Shown: piece after piece, positions 28,962 to 38,138 of the stretch
Numbering within the stretch: position 1 is the first letter of the stretch
How the letters are laid out: every line of letters begins with the position of its first letter
From: Spirochaetaceae bacterium
Lineage (GTDB): Bacteria > Spirochaetota > Spirochaetia > DSM-2461
Length of the DNA stretch: 64,000 bases
Assembly (NCBI GenBank): GCA_051531975.1
Contig: JAOPTT010000007.1
Span: 120,985 to 184,984, forward strand
Direction: 5' to 3'
Made by a program: the position numbers and the translations under genes
Notes under the pieces: generated by a model
The model's input: the letters and a program-made list of their open reading frames with translations, nothing else
Databases searched by the model: none
Told to the model about the DNA's origin: nothing

Positions 28962-29882
28962 ATGGATAAAATTACATTAGATGACTGCCCAATAGCCAAT
29001 ATTCGACTTGAAATGGGACTAAACAGATACAATATATCCGCCAGAGTTGGTAAATATTACGAATTTGATTATTCCAAGATTTCCAATGAACATCACAGAC
29101 ACGACTGTTATGAACTGGTTATTGTTTTGAATGGCAGGGGAACCTTTTGTTATAAAGAGAACAATTACATATTGAAAGAGGGTGCCCTGTTTATATCGGA
29201 ACCGGACAGTGAACATGAGATCCACATAAGTAAAAATGAAAATATGACCCTCTTATACTTTTTTGTTTATATTCAGAAGAAACAGAATAAAAGTTCCTTT
29301 ACATATAAAGAGAAAATAATTGATCAGTTTTTGGCTGGGCATAAAAATGTAGTGGAAAATCAGAATAAGATCTTTGGATATATTAACTTTTTTGAAGAGT
29401 TTATTAATAATAATGGATCAAGGAATGACCACTGGTTTATCAAAGCAGTAGAGAACTTATTATTCCACTGCCTAGAACTTTTTTGTAATGAGAAACCCCA
29501 TCAACATGGTATAGACAATCCGACTGCAGACTTATTTGAAAAGGCGTTAGACTACATTGATCAAAATCTATCTGTAAAAATATCTGCACAGAATATTTCA
29601 GACAATATAAATACATCTAAACGTAATTTATACAGAATTTTTAACAAAAATATGGACAGATCCGTCAATGATTATGTCAATGAAAAAAAGATATCCCTTG
29701 CTGAAAGCTATTTAAAAATGAATATGAGCGTCACTGAATCCGCCAGTTTAGTGGGATTCGAAAATCTATCTCAATTTAATAAACTCTTCCGTAAATATAA
29801 AAATATATCTCCAAGGGAATTCAAATCAAATTCAAGTACCGATTCCAGTGGTTATGGTCGTCGTCGAAAAACATTAATATAG
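28962..29882 (+). CDS. AraC-family regulator with cupin domain
   Basis: HHRHDCYEL; VGFENLSQFNKLFRK...SPREFK. Confidence 0.9.
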   Translation: MDKITLDDCPIANIRLEMGLNRYNISARVGKYYEFDYSKISNEHHRHDCYELVIVLNGRGTFCYKENNYILKEGALFISEPDSEHEIHISKNENMTLLYFFVYIQKKQNKSSFTYKEKIIDQFLAGHKNVVENQNKIFGYINFFEEFINNNGSRNDHWFIKAVENLLFHCLELFCNEKPHQHGIDNPTADLFEKALDYIDQNLSVKISAQNISDNINTSKRNLYRIFNKNMDRSVNDYVNEKKISLAESYLKMNMSVTESASLVGFENLSQFNKLFRKYKNISPREFKSNSSTDSSGYGRRRKTLI

Positions 29883-29887
29883 TGTTA

Positions 29888-30814
29888 CTATTTTGATGTT
29901 AATCCTGAAATATAAACTTTATCACTACTGTTTAAAGACTTAACAGCAATTAATTTAAATGATTCAAATACTTTTGTTTTAATTAATGGTGTCTTCTCAT
30001 ATTTCCAATTTACTCCTAATTTACTGTATTTTTCTGTTGCAAGTGGGTTAAAAGCACAAAGCTCCCAACGTGATAGGCCATCTAAAAAGTTTTCTTTTAG
30101 AAAGTTACCAATACCCTCAATATTTTTAATTGTACCTGTATCCTTCAATATAATAGGAGTTCTTATCCATACTTCTACCTTATTCTTTAGTTTTAAAAGG
30201 TTTTCATATATTAAAAAAGTCTCTACTCCAGTTAATTTTTTATGAATATTCTTATCGATATGCTTTAAATCGTAAAGAACTAGATCAGTATATGGCAATA
30301 TTTTTTCAAAATTATTCCAGCTAACATATCCACAGGTATCTATTGCTGTATGAATCCCAAGTCCTTTACATCTTTTTAATACCTCTACACAAAAATCAGT
30401 TTGAAGTAGGGGTTCCCCCCCACTTATTGTGAGACCACCTCCATTCATTTTCATAAATGGAATTTCTCTTTCTATTTTGATCATAATTTCATCTACAGTG
30501 TAGGTCGTTCCAATAGATTTTAATTTCTTTGTTGGACAAACTTTTGTACACTCTAAACAAGAATTACATTTGTTTTTATCTAACTGTATTGTACTGTTTA
30601 TTAATGAAAGTGCATTTGTAGGACATACTTCTATACATTGGCCACAACCAATACAGAGATCTTTTTCAAGCCACATTCCAGGACCAGTTCTAAAACTTTC
30701 AGGATTATGACACCAGCTACATCTTAAAGGGCAACCTTTAAGAAATAGAACAGTTCTTAAACCTGGACCATCATGGCATGATAACCTGTAGATATCAAAA
30801 ACATTACCTATCAT
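29888..30814 (-). CDS. Glycyl-radical enzyme activating protein (radical SAM with ferredoxin insertion)
   Basis: HDGPGLRT, CPLRCSWCHNPE, two CxxCxxCxxxCP motifs, SGGEPL. Confidence 0.95.
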   Translation of the reverse strand: MIGNVFDIYRLSCHDGPGLRTVLFLKGCPLRCSWCHNPESFRTGPGMWLEKDLCIGCGQCIEVCPTNALSLINSTIQLDKNKCNSCLECTKVCPTKKLKSIGTTYTVDEIMIKIEREIPFMKMNGGGLTISGGEPLLQTDFCVEVLKRCKGLGIHTAIDTCGYVSWNNFEKILPYTDLVLYDLKHIDKNIHKKLTGVETFLIYENLLKLKNKVEVWIRTPIILKDTGTIKNIEGIGNFLKENFLDGLSRWELCAFNPLATEKYSKLGVNWKYEKTPLIKTKVFESFKLIAVKSLNSSDKVYISGLTSK

Positions 30815-33075
30815 AAGCTAGCGTAATTTACCCTTTGAATAAACTCTTCTTGGAATTTTTTATCCATAACAATAAAGTGGGCTGAATAACCGGTAACTTT
30901 AACAACTAACCGTTTATATTCCTCTTTTTCTGGATGTGCCATCGCATCTTTCAACTTTTCTAAGTCAATTGTATTTAAGTTAATTTGAACACCACCTAAA
31001 TTAAAGAATATCTTTGCAAAGGATTCAATTAGGTCGCTTTTTTTACTTCCTTTAGGGAAAAATGATGGCTGTATTTCAACCTGAAAAGAACCACCTTGAT
31101 ACTTGGTATAATCTAGGCTACAAAAGGATTGCATTGTTGCAGCCATTCCTTCAGTATTTCTACCATGCATAGGATTCATACCATGTGCAAAAGGTTCCAC
31201 TTTTTTTCTTCCATCTGGAGTAGCGCCTAATAATTCTCCTGCATATGTATGTCCCATATACTGGAATAGACTTGGTCTAAAATTAAAACCTTTAATATTT
31301 CTTTTACTTTCTAAAACTTCTCTAATGTGTTCCGATACTCTAACAGCCATTGCATCAACTTCTTCAATAGCATTTCCAAATTTAGGCTGATTTAAAAAAT
31401 CGTATCGCATAACTTCGTTAGATTCCCAATCTGATTCAACAGCTTCTATTAACTGGTTTAGAGTATACTTTTTATCTTCAAACACTAGTTTTTTCATAGC
31501 ATAAATTGAGTCTATAGCATTAGGAACTCCTAATACGTTAACCGATGTATAGTTATATTTAACAGCTTGCATATCAGTAACATCTCGGCCACTTTCAATT
31601 GTTCCATGCATACATAAACTAGTAATCATTTCAGGCCATACTTTAGCTTGCCATTTGTATGTCTCATTCTTAAAATCTTTTAATATCTCAGCAGTTTTAT
31701 CAATTTCTATATCGTATATTTTCCAAAATTCTTCAAAGTCTACAACACTGTTTTGGGCTGCAATTTTCATAGCTTTTTGCATTGGCTGAACTATTACAAA
31801 AGAGTTTAAATCTTGATCGTTATACTCATTCCCAACTACACAGTACCATTGGCAACCAGAATAGGACATATTCCAAGCATCCTCTTCTTTAACCCCAGAA
31901 CGTAGTTGGCTATCTCTTAATACATCAAAATTTACTAAAGTTGGGGTACCACAGTTATGTCTTGCTAATACTTCACAACCGTAATTAAAAAAGTCTGGAT
32001 CTATATCTTCATGCCACATTAAACCTAAGTGATTATATCCACCTGTAATATCATAAGCTTCTAAACATACCCAACTCATTTCGTTTGTTGCATCTTTACT
32101 GTTTATATCTCGTCCACCAAATGACCAATAGTTTCCACCATATTTAAGGTAAAGTTCAGCAATAAGTGAGACCGCATCGTCTCTATCTAGAATTCCAGAT
32201 TTTATATCTTTTGTATAATACTCTATTAATAATTGATCTAGTCGACCATAACCATTTCCATGTCCATTTATTCTCTCTACTGTTGTATATAGCTGAATCC
32301 ACTGTACAGCTTCTGTAAATGTTTTTGGAGCATCATTAATAATTGCTCTACAGTTTTTCTCAATAAAATTATAATTATCTATGTTTTGCTCATCACTTTC
32401 ATTCGTGGATAGTTCATTCGCTACATCTGCGTGTTTTTCTACATATCTAATTATTGCTTTTAGTACTATTTCTGAAGCATCTAAATATTCAGCTGATTGT
32501 ATATTTCCAAATTTTATAAATTTTTCTTTATTGGCTTTAACTTTAGCTAATAGACCACCCCAACCAAGTTTTAAACCTATACTTAAATCAGGACATGTAT
32601 GGGTAAAGCTTATTCCACCAGCGCCAAGATCTCTTGCATCTCTTCCTAGTTTTCGTTGACTCTCTGGATATTGAAAGAATCTTGCTTCTTCTAACATCCA
32701 ATGGAACTCTCCAACAAGACGTTCGTTTGCTAATACTTCTGCAGGGCTATGATCTAAAAAGAATGCATAATCTTCTGCCCAGTTTCCACAGGAATATTCA
32801 AAGCCAATTACTTTAGATGGCATCTCTTTTGCATATGGGAAAGGACCACCAACATCAACCCTTGCATTATGATCTCCGATGTTGATTCTTTTATCATCAG
32901 CTGCTGAAAGTTCTCCTGTATTTGGACTAAAAGCTGCAGCTTCACCGGACCAGTGGTATACTAGAAATTCTGCATTATCTACGTATACATTTCTTTTATT
33001 CTCAACAGCCAATGTATGGCTTCTTTCATTTAATGCTTCGATTCTACTATTTGCCTTTTTAGGATTCCCTTTCAT
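30811..33075 (-). CDS. Glycyl-radical enzyme (PFL superfamily), uncharacterised subgroup
   Basis: GRLDQ, Cys loop SYSGCQW, PKFGN, ATPDGRK, glycyl loop VKVTGYSAHF; coupled to the activase; AAGGAG RBS. Confidence 0.92.
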   Translation of the reverse strand: MKGNPKKANSRIEALNERSHTLAVENKRNVYVDNAEFLVYHWSGEAAAFSPNTGELSAADDKRINIGDHNARVDVGGPFPYAKEMPSKVIGFEYSCGNWAEDYAFFLDHSPAEVLANERLVGEFHWMLEEARFFQYPESQRKLGRDARDLGAGGISFTHTCPDLSIGLKLGWGGLLAKVKANKEKFIKFGNIQSAEYLDASEIVLKAIIRYVEKHADVANELSTNESDEQNIDNYNFIEKNCRAIINDAPKTFTEAVQWIQLYTTVERINGHGNGYGRLDQLLIEYYTKDIKSGILDRDDAVSLIAELYLKYGGNYWSFGGRDINSKDATNEMSWVCLEAYDITGGYNHLGLMWHEDIDPDFFNYGCEVLARHNCGTPTLVNFDVLRDSQLRSGVKEEDAWNMSYSGCQWYCVVGNEYNDQDLNSFVIVQPMQKAMKIAAQNSVVDFEEFWKIYDIEIDKTAEILKDFKNETYKWQAKVWPEMITSLCMHGTIESGRDVTDMQAVKYNYTSVNVLGVPNAIDSIYAMKKLVFEDKKYTLNQLIEAVESDWESNEVMRYDFLNQPKFGNAIEEVDAMAVRVSEHIREVLESKRNIKGFNFRPSLFQYMGHTYAGELLGATPDGRKKVEPFAHGMNPMHGRNTEGMAATMQSFCSLDYTKYQGGSFQVEIQPSFFPKGSKKSDLIESFAKIFFNLGGVQINLNTIDLEKLKDAMAHPEKEEYKRLVVKVTGYSAHFIVMDKKFQEEFIQRVNYASL

Positions 33076-33130
33076 GCATAACTCCTTAAACTCTCTAATT
33101 TAAGGTTATCATCTACTGCTATATTAACAA

Positions 33131-33168
33131 GTTCACAAATTTAGAATAGTTGTTCATAAATTTAGAAT
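33131..33168 (-). promoter_or_regulatory. Two 17-bp direct repeats, 21-bp period, upstream of the GRE promoter
   Basis: GTTCACAAATTTAGAAT (33131) and GTTCATAAATTTAGAAT (33152), 16/17 identical. Confidence 0.75.
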
Positions 33169-33171
33169 GAC

Positions 33172-33954
33172 TCATAAGTTGAAAGAATCATCATTGCACA
33201 ATTTATATTCAACATCATTGGTATTAAGGAAATTTATCCACTCAGATGAAAGTTGTTGATCTGTAACTATCATATGTATACTTTTAAATTCTGTAATTGA
33301 GACAAAAGAAGTTTTGTTTATCTTTGACTTATCTGAAATAAGTATTCTGGTTGTGGATTGATTAAGCATAGCTCTTTTTATATTTGCATCCTGCTCATTG
33401 GCATCAGTTATTCCAGTAATCATATCAACTGCATCACAACCGATAAATGCCTTGTCAGCATAATATTGACCTATAGATGTAATAGCGGAGTGCCCTACAA
33501 AACTTCTGGACATTGGCCTCATTGTTCCACCAATACCTATAACTTTTATTCCAGGATTATCGGCTATCAGCATTGTTATTTCACAAGAATTTGTAATAAC
33601 AATAAGGTTATTAATATTACCTAAGTTCCCGGCTATTTCCAAAGCTGTAGAGCTTGCATCTAGAAAAATTGTATCCCCTTCGTTTATCATCAATGAGCAA
33701 CTATATGCAATTTTTTGTTTCCCACTACTATTAATTACTTTTCTTGTCGAAGAGGGAAGTACCCGGTGCATATTTCTCTTTATAGTAGCTCCTCCATAAA
33801 TCTTATCAATTAGATCTTCTGAAGCCATCTTGTTTAAGTCTCTTCTAATTGTTTCTTCTCCAACTTTGCTTAACTGGCTTAGTTCGGAAACTGTGATACT
33901 TCCACGCTGCTTTATAATGTTGAATATATATTGTCTTCTTTCAATACTTAGCAC
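33172..33954 (-). CDS. DeoR/GlpR-family transcriptional regulator
   Basis: ERRQYI...EETIRRDL, IFLDASST, VITNS, DKAFIG. Confidence 0.93.
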   Translation of the reverse strand: MLSIERRQYIFNIIKQRGSITVSELSQLSKVGEETIRRDLNKMASEDLIDKIYGGATIKRNMHRVLPSSTRKVINSSGKQKIAYSCSLMINEGDTIFLDASSTALEIAGNLGNINNLIVITNSCEITMLIADNPGIKVIGIGGTMRPMSRSFVGHSAITSIGQYYADKAFIGCDAVDMITGITDANEQDANIKRAMLNQSTTRILISDKSKINKTSFVSITEFKSIHMIVTDQQLSSEWINFLNTNDVEYKLCNDDSFNL

Positions 33955-34079
33955 TTCTTCTCCTAACCTTCATCTTTTAATAAATAAATGTTGATTTTTG
34001 TTGTAATTATACATTGTTTGTGTGGTTTTGCAATGAGTTTATGTTGACGATTAGATATTTATCAATATATAGTACTGTT

Positions 34080-34709
34080 ATGAACTATAAAGAAGAGAAA
34101 ATAGAAACAGCCCAAATTATGGAAAGATTATACAATAACCACCTAACAACATGTTCAGGTGGGAATATCAGCCTTAGAGTTAATGAAGATACTATATTGA
34201 TTACACCCTCGGCACTTGATAAAGGCAATCTTAAAAGTGAGACTATTGCAGTTGTTAAACTTAGTGGGGAAAATCTAACACCCCACTTAAAAACAAGTAT
34301 AGAAACTGAAATGCATTTGGATATTTATAGAGCTAGACCCGATGTTAAAGCCATCGTACATGCCCATCCAATCCATGCAAGTCTATTTACAGCGACAGAT
34401 AAAAAAATAAGAACCGATCTGCTTGCTGAATCTAGGTTTATGCTTGGAGAGCCGGAGTTTGCTGCTTATTCACTTATGGGCACAAAAGAACTGGCCCTAA
34501 ATGTCAGTAGAGCATTCTCAGATATAAAAACAAGGGTAGTCCTCATGGAGAACCATGGTGTTATTACTATAGGAGAAAGTCTGTTTCAAGCTTATGATCG
34601 AATAGAAGTCCTAGAAGCATCAGCAAGAATGACCTATATGGGAGAGTTGTTAGGGGGAGTTAAAGGAATCTCTAAAGAAAGATTGATTGCCATTGATGAG
34701 ATGTTATAA
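34080..34709 (+). CDS. Class II aldolase/adducin-family protein (fuculose-1-phosphate aldolase-like)
   Basis: GGNISLR, ITPS, SIETEMH, IVHAHP, MENHGV; ATG 34080 preferred to the upstream TTG. Confidence 0.88.
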   Translation: MNYKEEKIETAQIMERLYNNHLTTCSGGNISLRVNEDTILITPSALDKGNLKSETIAVVKLSGENLTPHLKTSIETEMHLDIYRARPDVKAIVHAHPIHASLFTATDKKIRTDLLAESRFMLGEPEFAAYSLMGTKELALNVSRAFSDIKTRVVLMENHGVITIGESLFQAYDRIEVLEASARMTYMGELLGGVKGISKERLIAIDEML

Positions 34710-34734
34710 TTTTATATTTATGATTTTGTAGATA

Positions 34735-35328
34735 TTAATATTGAAGTAATTTTATCGCTGTATATAAAAGTAACAGTGCTAATACAATATTTAGTGATAT
34801 TCTAAGTTTGTCATTTTTAAATATATGTTTTATTACAGTTCCAAATAGAGTCCAAGTCGAAACTGCAAAAAAAGTTACAAAACCTATATATAAAATTGTC
34901 ATTGGCATAAAAATTGATTTTATTGGAACTTCTTTAAAAAATGTTGAATAGACTGACAGCCCATAAACCACCGCTTTAGGATTTATTAGTTGTAAAATAA
35001 CACCTCGACCGTAATTTAGAGGTTGGGTATTTGTTAGGTTAAATCCATAACTAATTTTTAATGTTTTATAAGCTAAATAAGTTATATATAACGCTCCTAG
35101 TACCGTCATTACTGTTTTGAACATTGGAAATATTAAAACTATTGTAGAGGATAGGACTGCACATAAAAACATCACTACCATAGTTCCGGTAAATATCCCC
35201 ATAATATATTTAAAAGAGGGTTTGTATCCAAAGTTTAGCCCCATAGAGGCACATGTAATATTATTTGGTCCTGGTGAAAATGCAGTAATAATTGAAAATG
35301 GGATTAGTGTTAATAGATCTATATTCAT
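34735..35328 (-). CDS. LysE/RhtB-family exporter
   Basis: SPGPNN, LQLINPKA, hydrophobic profile. Confidence 0.9.
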   Translation of the reverse strand: MNIDLLTLIPFSIITAFSPGPNNITCASMGLNFGYKPSFKYIMGIFTGTMVVMFLCAVLSSTIVLIFPMFKTVMTVLGALYITYLAYKTLKISYGFNLTNTQPLNYGRGVILQLINPKAVVYGLSVYSTFFKEVPIKSIFMPMTILYIGFVTFFAVSTWTLFGTVIKHIFKNDKLRISLNIVLALLLLYTAIKLLQY

Positions 35329-35490
35329 AAATATCCTCTTTATTTAAAAGTACTACATAGGGACTTTAAAGATCAAGAGGGTAGAACGATTGTTTTAGTG
35401 TATTAGCACAGTTTATTGATAGTTCCTATTATTTTGTTGTAGTATTTAATAAATAATAATATCGGTGAATAAATATGATATTATTTATAT

Positions 35491-36327
35491 ATGAATTATT
35501 ACACTAAAAATAGATATGACAATCTTCCACAATTTATTTCTGCAGATCATGAAATAATAAATTCTCCTCTGTATATTAGGCATGAAAAAGGTAAAACGAA
35601 GAGTGAGTTATATGTAATTAAATTTACCCTCTCAGGTAGTGGTATTATTATAAAAGATGGTAGAGAGTTTAAAATTAATAAAGGCCAGGGTTTTATATGG
35701 GAAATTGGGGACGAGTCTATTTCATATAAATTCCCTAAAGATGCAGAAACTCCATGGGAGTTTTTCTGGTTTCATTTCAGATCAAAGATGGGGAAAAGTT
35801 TAGTTGAGGAGATTATACACCAGAAAGGTGCACATTTTGAACTGCCCTTAGACGATAAGGCTTTAGTTAAAATTATTAATTTCATAGATAAGTCTATTAA
35901 AACCCAAGATATTGATATAGAAGCAACTTATGGTTCAAATATAATAAATTCTTTTTTAGAGTCAATAATTTATAGGCATAATAGTGTAGTAGAAAATAAA
36001 AATGATCTTACTATTAGCGATAAAGCAAAAAAGTATATTAAAGATAATATTAAAAAGGACATAACTGTTATAGATATTGCAAATTATTTACAAATATCCA
36101 GAGAACATTTAACTAGGGTTTTCTCCTACGCTCTTGGAGTAACACCCTCATTTTTTATTAAACAAGAGAAGCTTGAACTTGGGAAATACCTACTTTTAAC
36201 TACGGATCAAACTGTAAAAGAGATCTGTTTTAATATTGGTATATATAATACAGACAGATTTAGAAATATATTTAAACAGGAATTTGGTTTTACTCCAACA
36301 AGTTATAGGGAGATAAAAAAACATTAA
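35491..36327 (+). CDS. AraC-family regulator
   Basis: PWEFFWFHF arm domain; SREHLTRVF...FKQEFGFTPTSYR. Confidence 0.9.
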   Translation: MNYYTKNRYDNLPQFISADHEIINSPLYIRHEKGKTKSELYVIKFTLSGSGIIIKDGREFKINKGQGFIWEIGDESISYKFPKDAETPWEFFWFHFRSKMGKSLVEEIIHQKGAHFELPLDDKALVKIINFIDKSIKTQDIDIEATYGSNIINSFLESIIYRHNSVVENKNDLTISDKAKKYIKDNIKKDITVIDIANYLQISREHLTRVFSYALGVTPSFFIKQEKLELGKYLLLTTDQTVKEICFNIGIYNTDRFRNIFKQEFGFTPTSYREIKKH

Positions 36328-36431
36328 AATGTGATATCGACATTTGATTTGTGACATGTATAACTTTGTTAATATGCAATAGTAAATTAAGCTCCTATAC
36401 TACAATAAACATAACTATCTTAGGAGTTTAA

Positions 36432-38072
36432 ATGGAAAATAGGTTAGAATTTAGAATTATTAGTTCACTTGAAAAGGTATTACCAAAGGATAAATTAGAT
36501 TGTTTATCGATTTCTGAAGCTACTGTACTAAAAGGTGAGGTTTTTAGTTTTCAGATTGCATATAGAGATACCTCCGGGTTAAAAAACTATAATATAAAGG
36601 TAATAGATCAACCTGAACTATCTAACAACATTAAAATTAGAACAGTAGGTTTGGTCCCGTCTGAGTTCCCGTGTTACTCAGATCATGATGATAATATTAT
36701 AAGTAGTAGTTCTGGACTCTATCCAGATGTTCTTTATCCTTTAAACGATGGAGACTTCTTAAGAACTTATCCAAACCAGTGGCGAAGTATTTGGATAACT
36801 GTAGATATTCCTAAAAATATTAATAGTGGAGTAAAGGAAATTATCTTTAAAATAGAAGATGAAGACCATAAAATAGAGGAAAATTTAACTTTTAATCTAA
36901 ATATATTAAATAACTTACTTCCAAAACAGAAATTGATAAATACTCAATGGTTTCATGGGGATTGTGTAGCTACATATTATAAAGATGAGATCTTCAGTGA
37001 AAATCATTGGAATAGATTAAACGAGCAGTTCTTAAACTGTACTTCCCACGGAATGAACATGTTATTAACTCCGATATTTACACCTCCTCTTGATACAAAG
37101 ATAGGTGGAGAGCGACCAACCATACAGCTTATTAATGTTGTAAAAACAGGGGGTAATTATAAATTTGATTTTACTAAATTAAATAGATGGATAGATATGG
37201 CACTAAATGCTGGATTTGAATTTATAGAAGTATCCCACCTTGCAACACAGTGGGGAGCTGAGTTTTGTCCAAAGATTATTGCAACTGAAGATGGAATCGA
37301 TATACAGATCTTTGGATGGGAAACAAAATCTCTTAGTCCTGAATATATTAATTTTTTAGGTCAGTTATTACCAGAATTAGATAAGTTTTTTATTGATAAA
37401 GGTATTAAGAAAAATGTATATTTTCATGTTTCAGATGAACCAAGCTTAGAACATTTGGAACAATTCCAGAAGATATCGTCAGTATTCAGAAAGTATCTTA
37501 AGGATTATAATTTTATAGATGCACTGTCTGATTTTGACTTTTATAAAACTGGGGCAATTCCAACACCAATACCAGCTATTGATCACATTGAACCATTCCT
37601 TGAAGAGGGACTTGATAATTTATGGGCATATTATTGCTGTGTACAATATAAGGATGTATCAAATAGATTTTTTAACATGCCATCTGCTAGAAACAGAATT
37701 ATTGGTCTGTTATTATATAAGTTTAAGATAAAAGGGTTTCTACACTGGGGCTATAATTTTTATTTTACTCAATTTTCAATTAAAGAGATTAATCCATTCC
37801 TTGAAACAGATGCAGGAGGAGGTTTTCCATCAGGGGACTCATATATGGTATATCCAGGGGAAGATGGTCCACTAGATTCAATACGGCATGAAGTATTTTA
37901 TGAAGGTTTACAGGATCTAAGAGCTCTAGAGTTATTAGAGAGTATTAAAGGCCGAGATTTTGTTATGAATCTATTAGAGGGTGATCTTAAAGATAAGTTA
38001 ACATTTAAGGTTTATCCTAGATCTGCAGAGTGGTTATTGGATAAAAGATCCCAAATTAATAACTATCTATAA
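36432..38072 (+). CDS. DUF4091-domain putative glycoside hydrolase (GH123-like)
   Basis: TQWFHGD, HVSDEP, WAYYCC, GFLHWGYNF, SGDSYMVYPG, SIR.E...EG.QD; no signal peptide. Confidence 0.8.
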   Translation: MENRLEFRIISSLEKVLPKDKLDCLSISEATVLKGEVFSFQIAYRDTSGLKNYNIKVIDQPELSNNIKIRTVGLVPSEFPCYSDHDDNIISSSSGLYPDVLYPLNDGDFLRTYPNQWRSIWITVDIPKNINSGVKEIIFKIEDEDHKIEENLTFNLNILNNLLPKQKLINTQWFHGDCVATYYKDEIFSENHWNRLNEQFLNCTSHGMNMLLTPIFTPPLDTKIGGERPTIQLINVVKTGGNYKFDFTKLNRWIDMALNAGFEFIEVSHLATQWGAEFCPKIIATEDGIDIQIFGWETKSLSPEYINFLGQLLPELDKFFIDKGIKKNVYFHVSDEPSLEHLEQFQKISSVFRKYLKDYNFIDALSDFDFYKTGAIPTPIPAIDHIEPFLEEGLDNLWAYYCCVQYKDVSNRFFNMPSARNRIIGLLLYKFKIKGFLHWGYNFYFTQFSIKEINPFLETDAGGGFPSGDSYMVYPGEDGPLDSIRHEVFYEGLQDLRALELLESIKGRDFVMNLLEGDLKDKLTFKVYPRSAEWLLDKRSQINNYL

Positions 38073-38075
38073 AAT

Positions 38076-38112
38076 TCTCTTGATCTTTAAAGATGTTTTA
38101 AAGATCAAGAGA
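38076..38112. terminator. Hairpin between convergent DUF4091 and fucI genes
   Basis: tctcttgatctttaaa-N5-tttaaagatcaagaga 16-bp stem. Confidence 0.8.
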
Positions 38113-38138
38113 GAGGAATTCTTATATGAAAATTTTAA

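Noticed and set aside
19027..29882. Impression of different codon usage suggesting horizontal acquisition
   Set aside because: It cannot be quantified by eye and needs a GC3/codon-usage computation against the whole genome.
30811..33075. Annotation as pyruvate formate-lyase or B12-independent propanediol dehydratase
   Set aside because: It lacks the PFL CC pair and the GCVE eliminase motif, and no microcompartment or aldehyde dehydrogenase genes are nearby.
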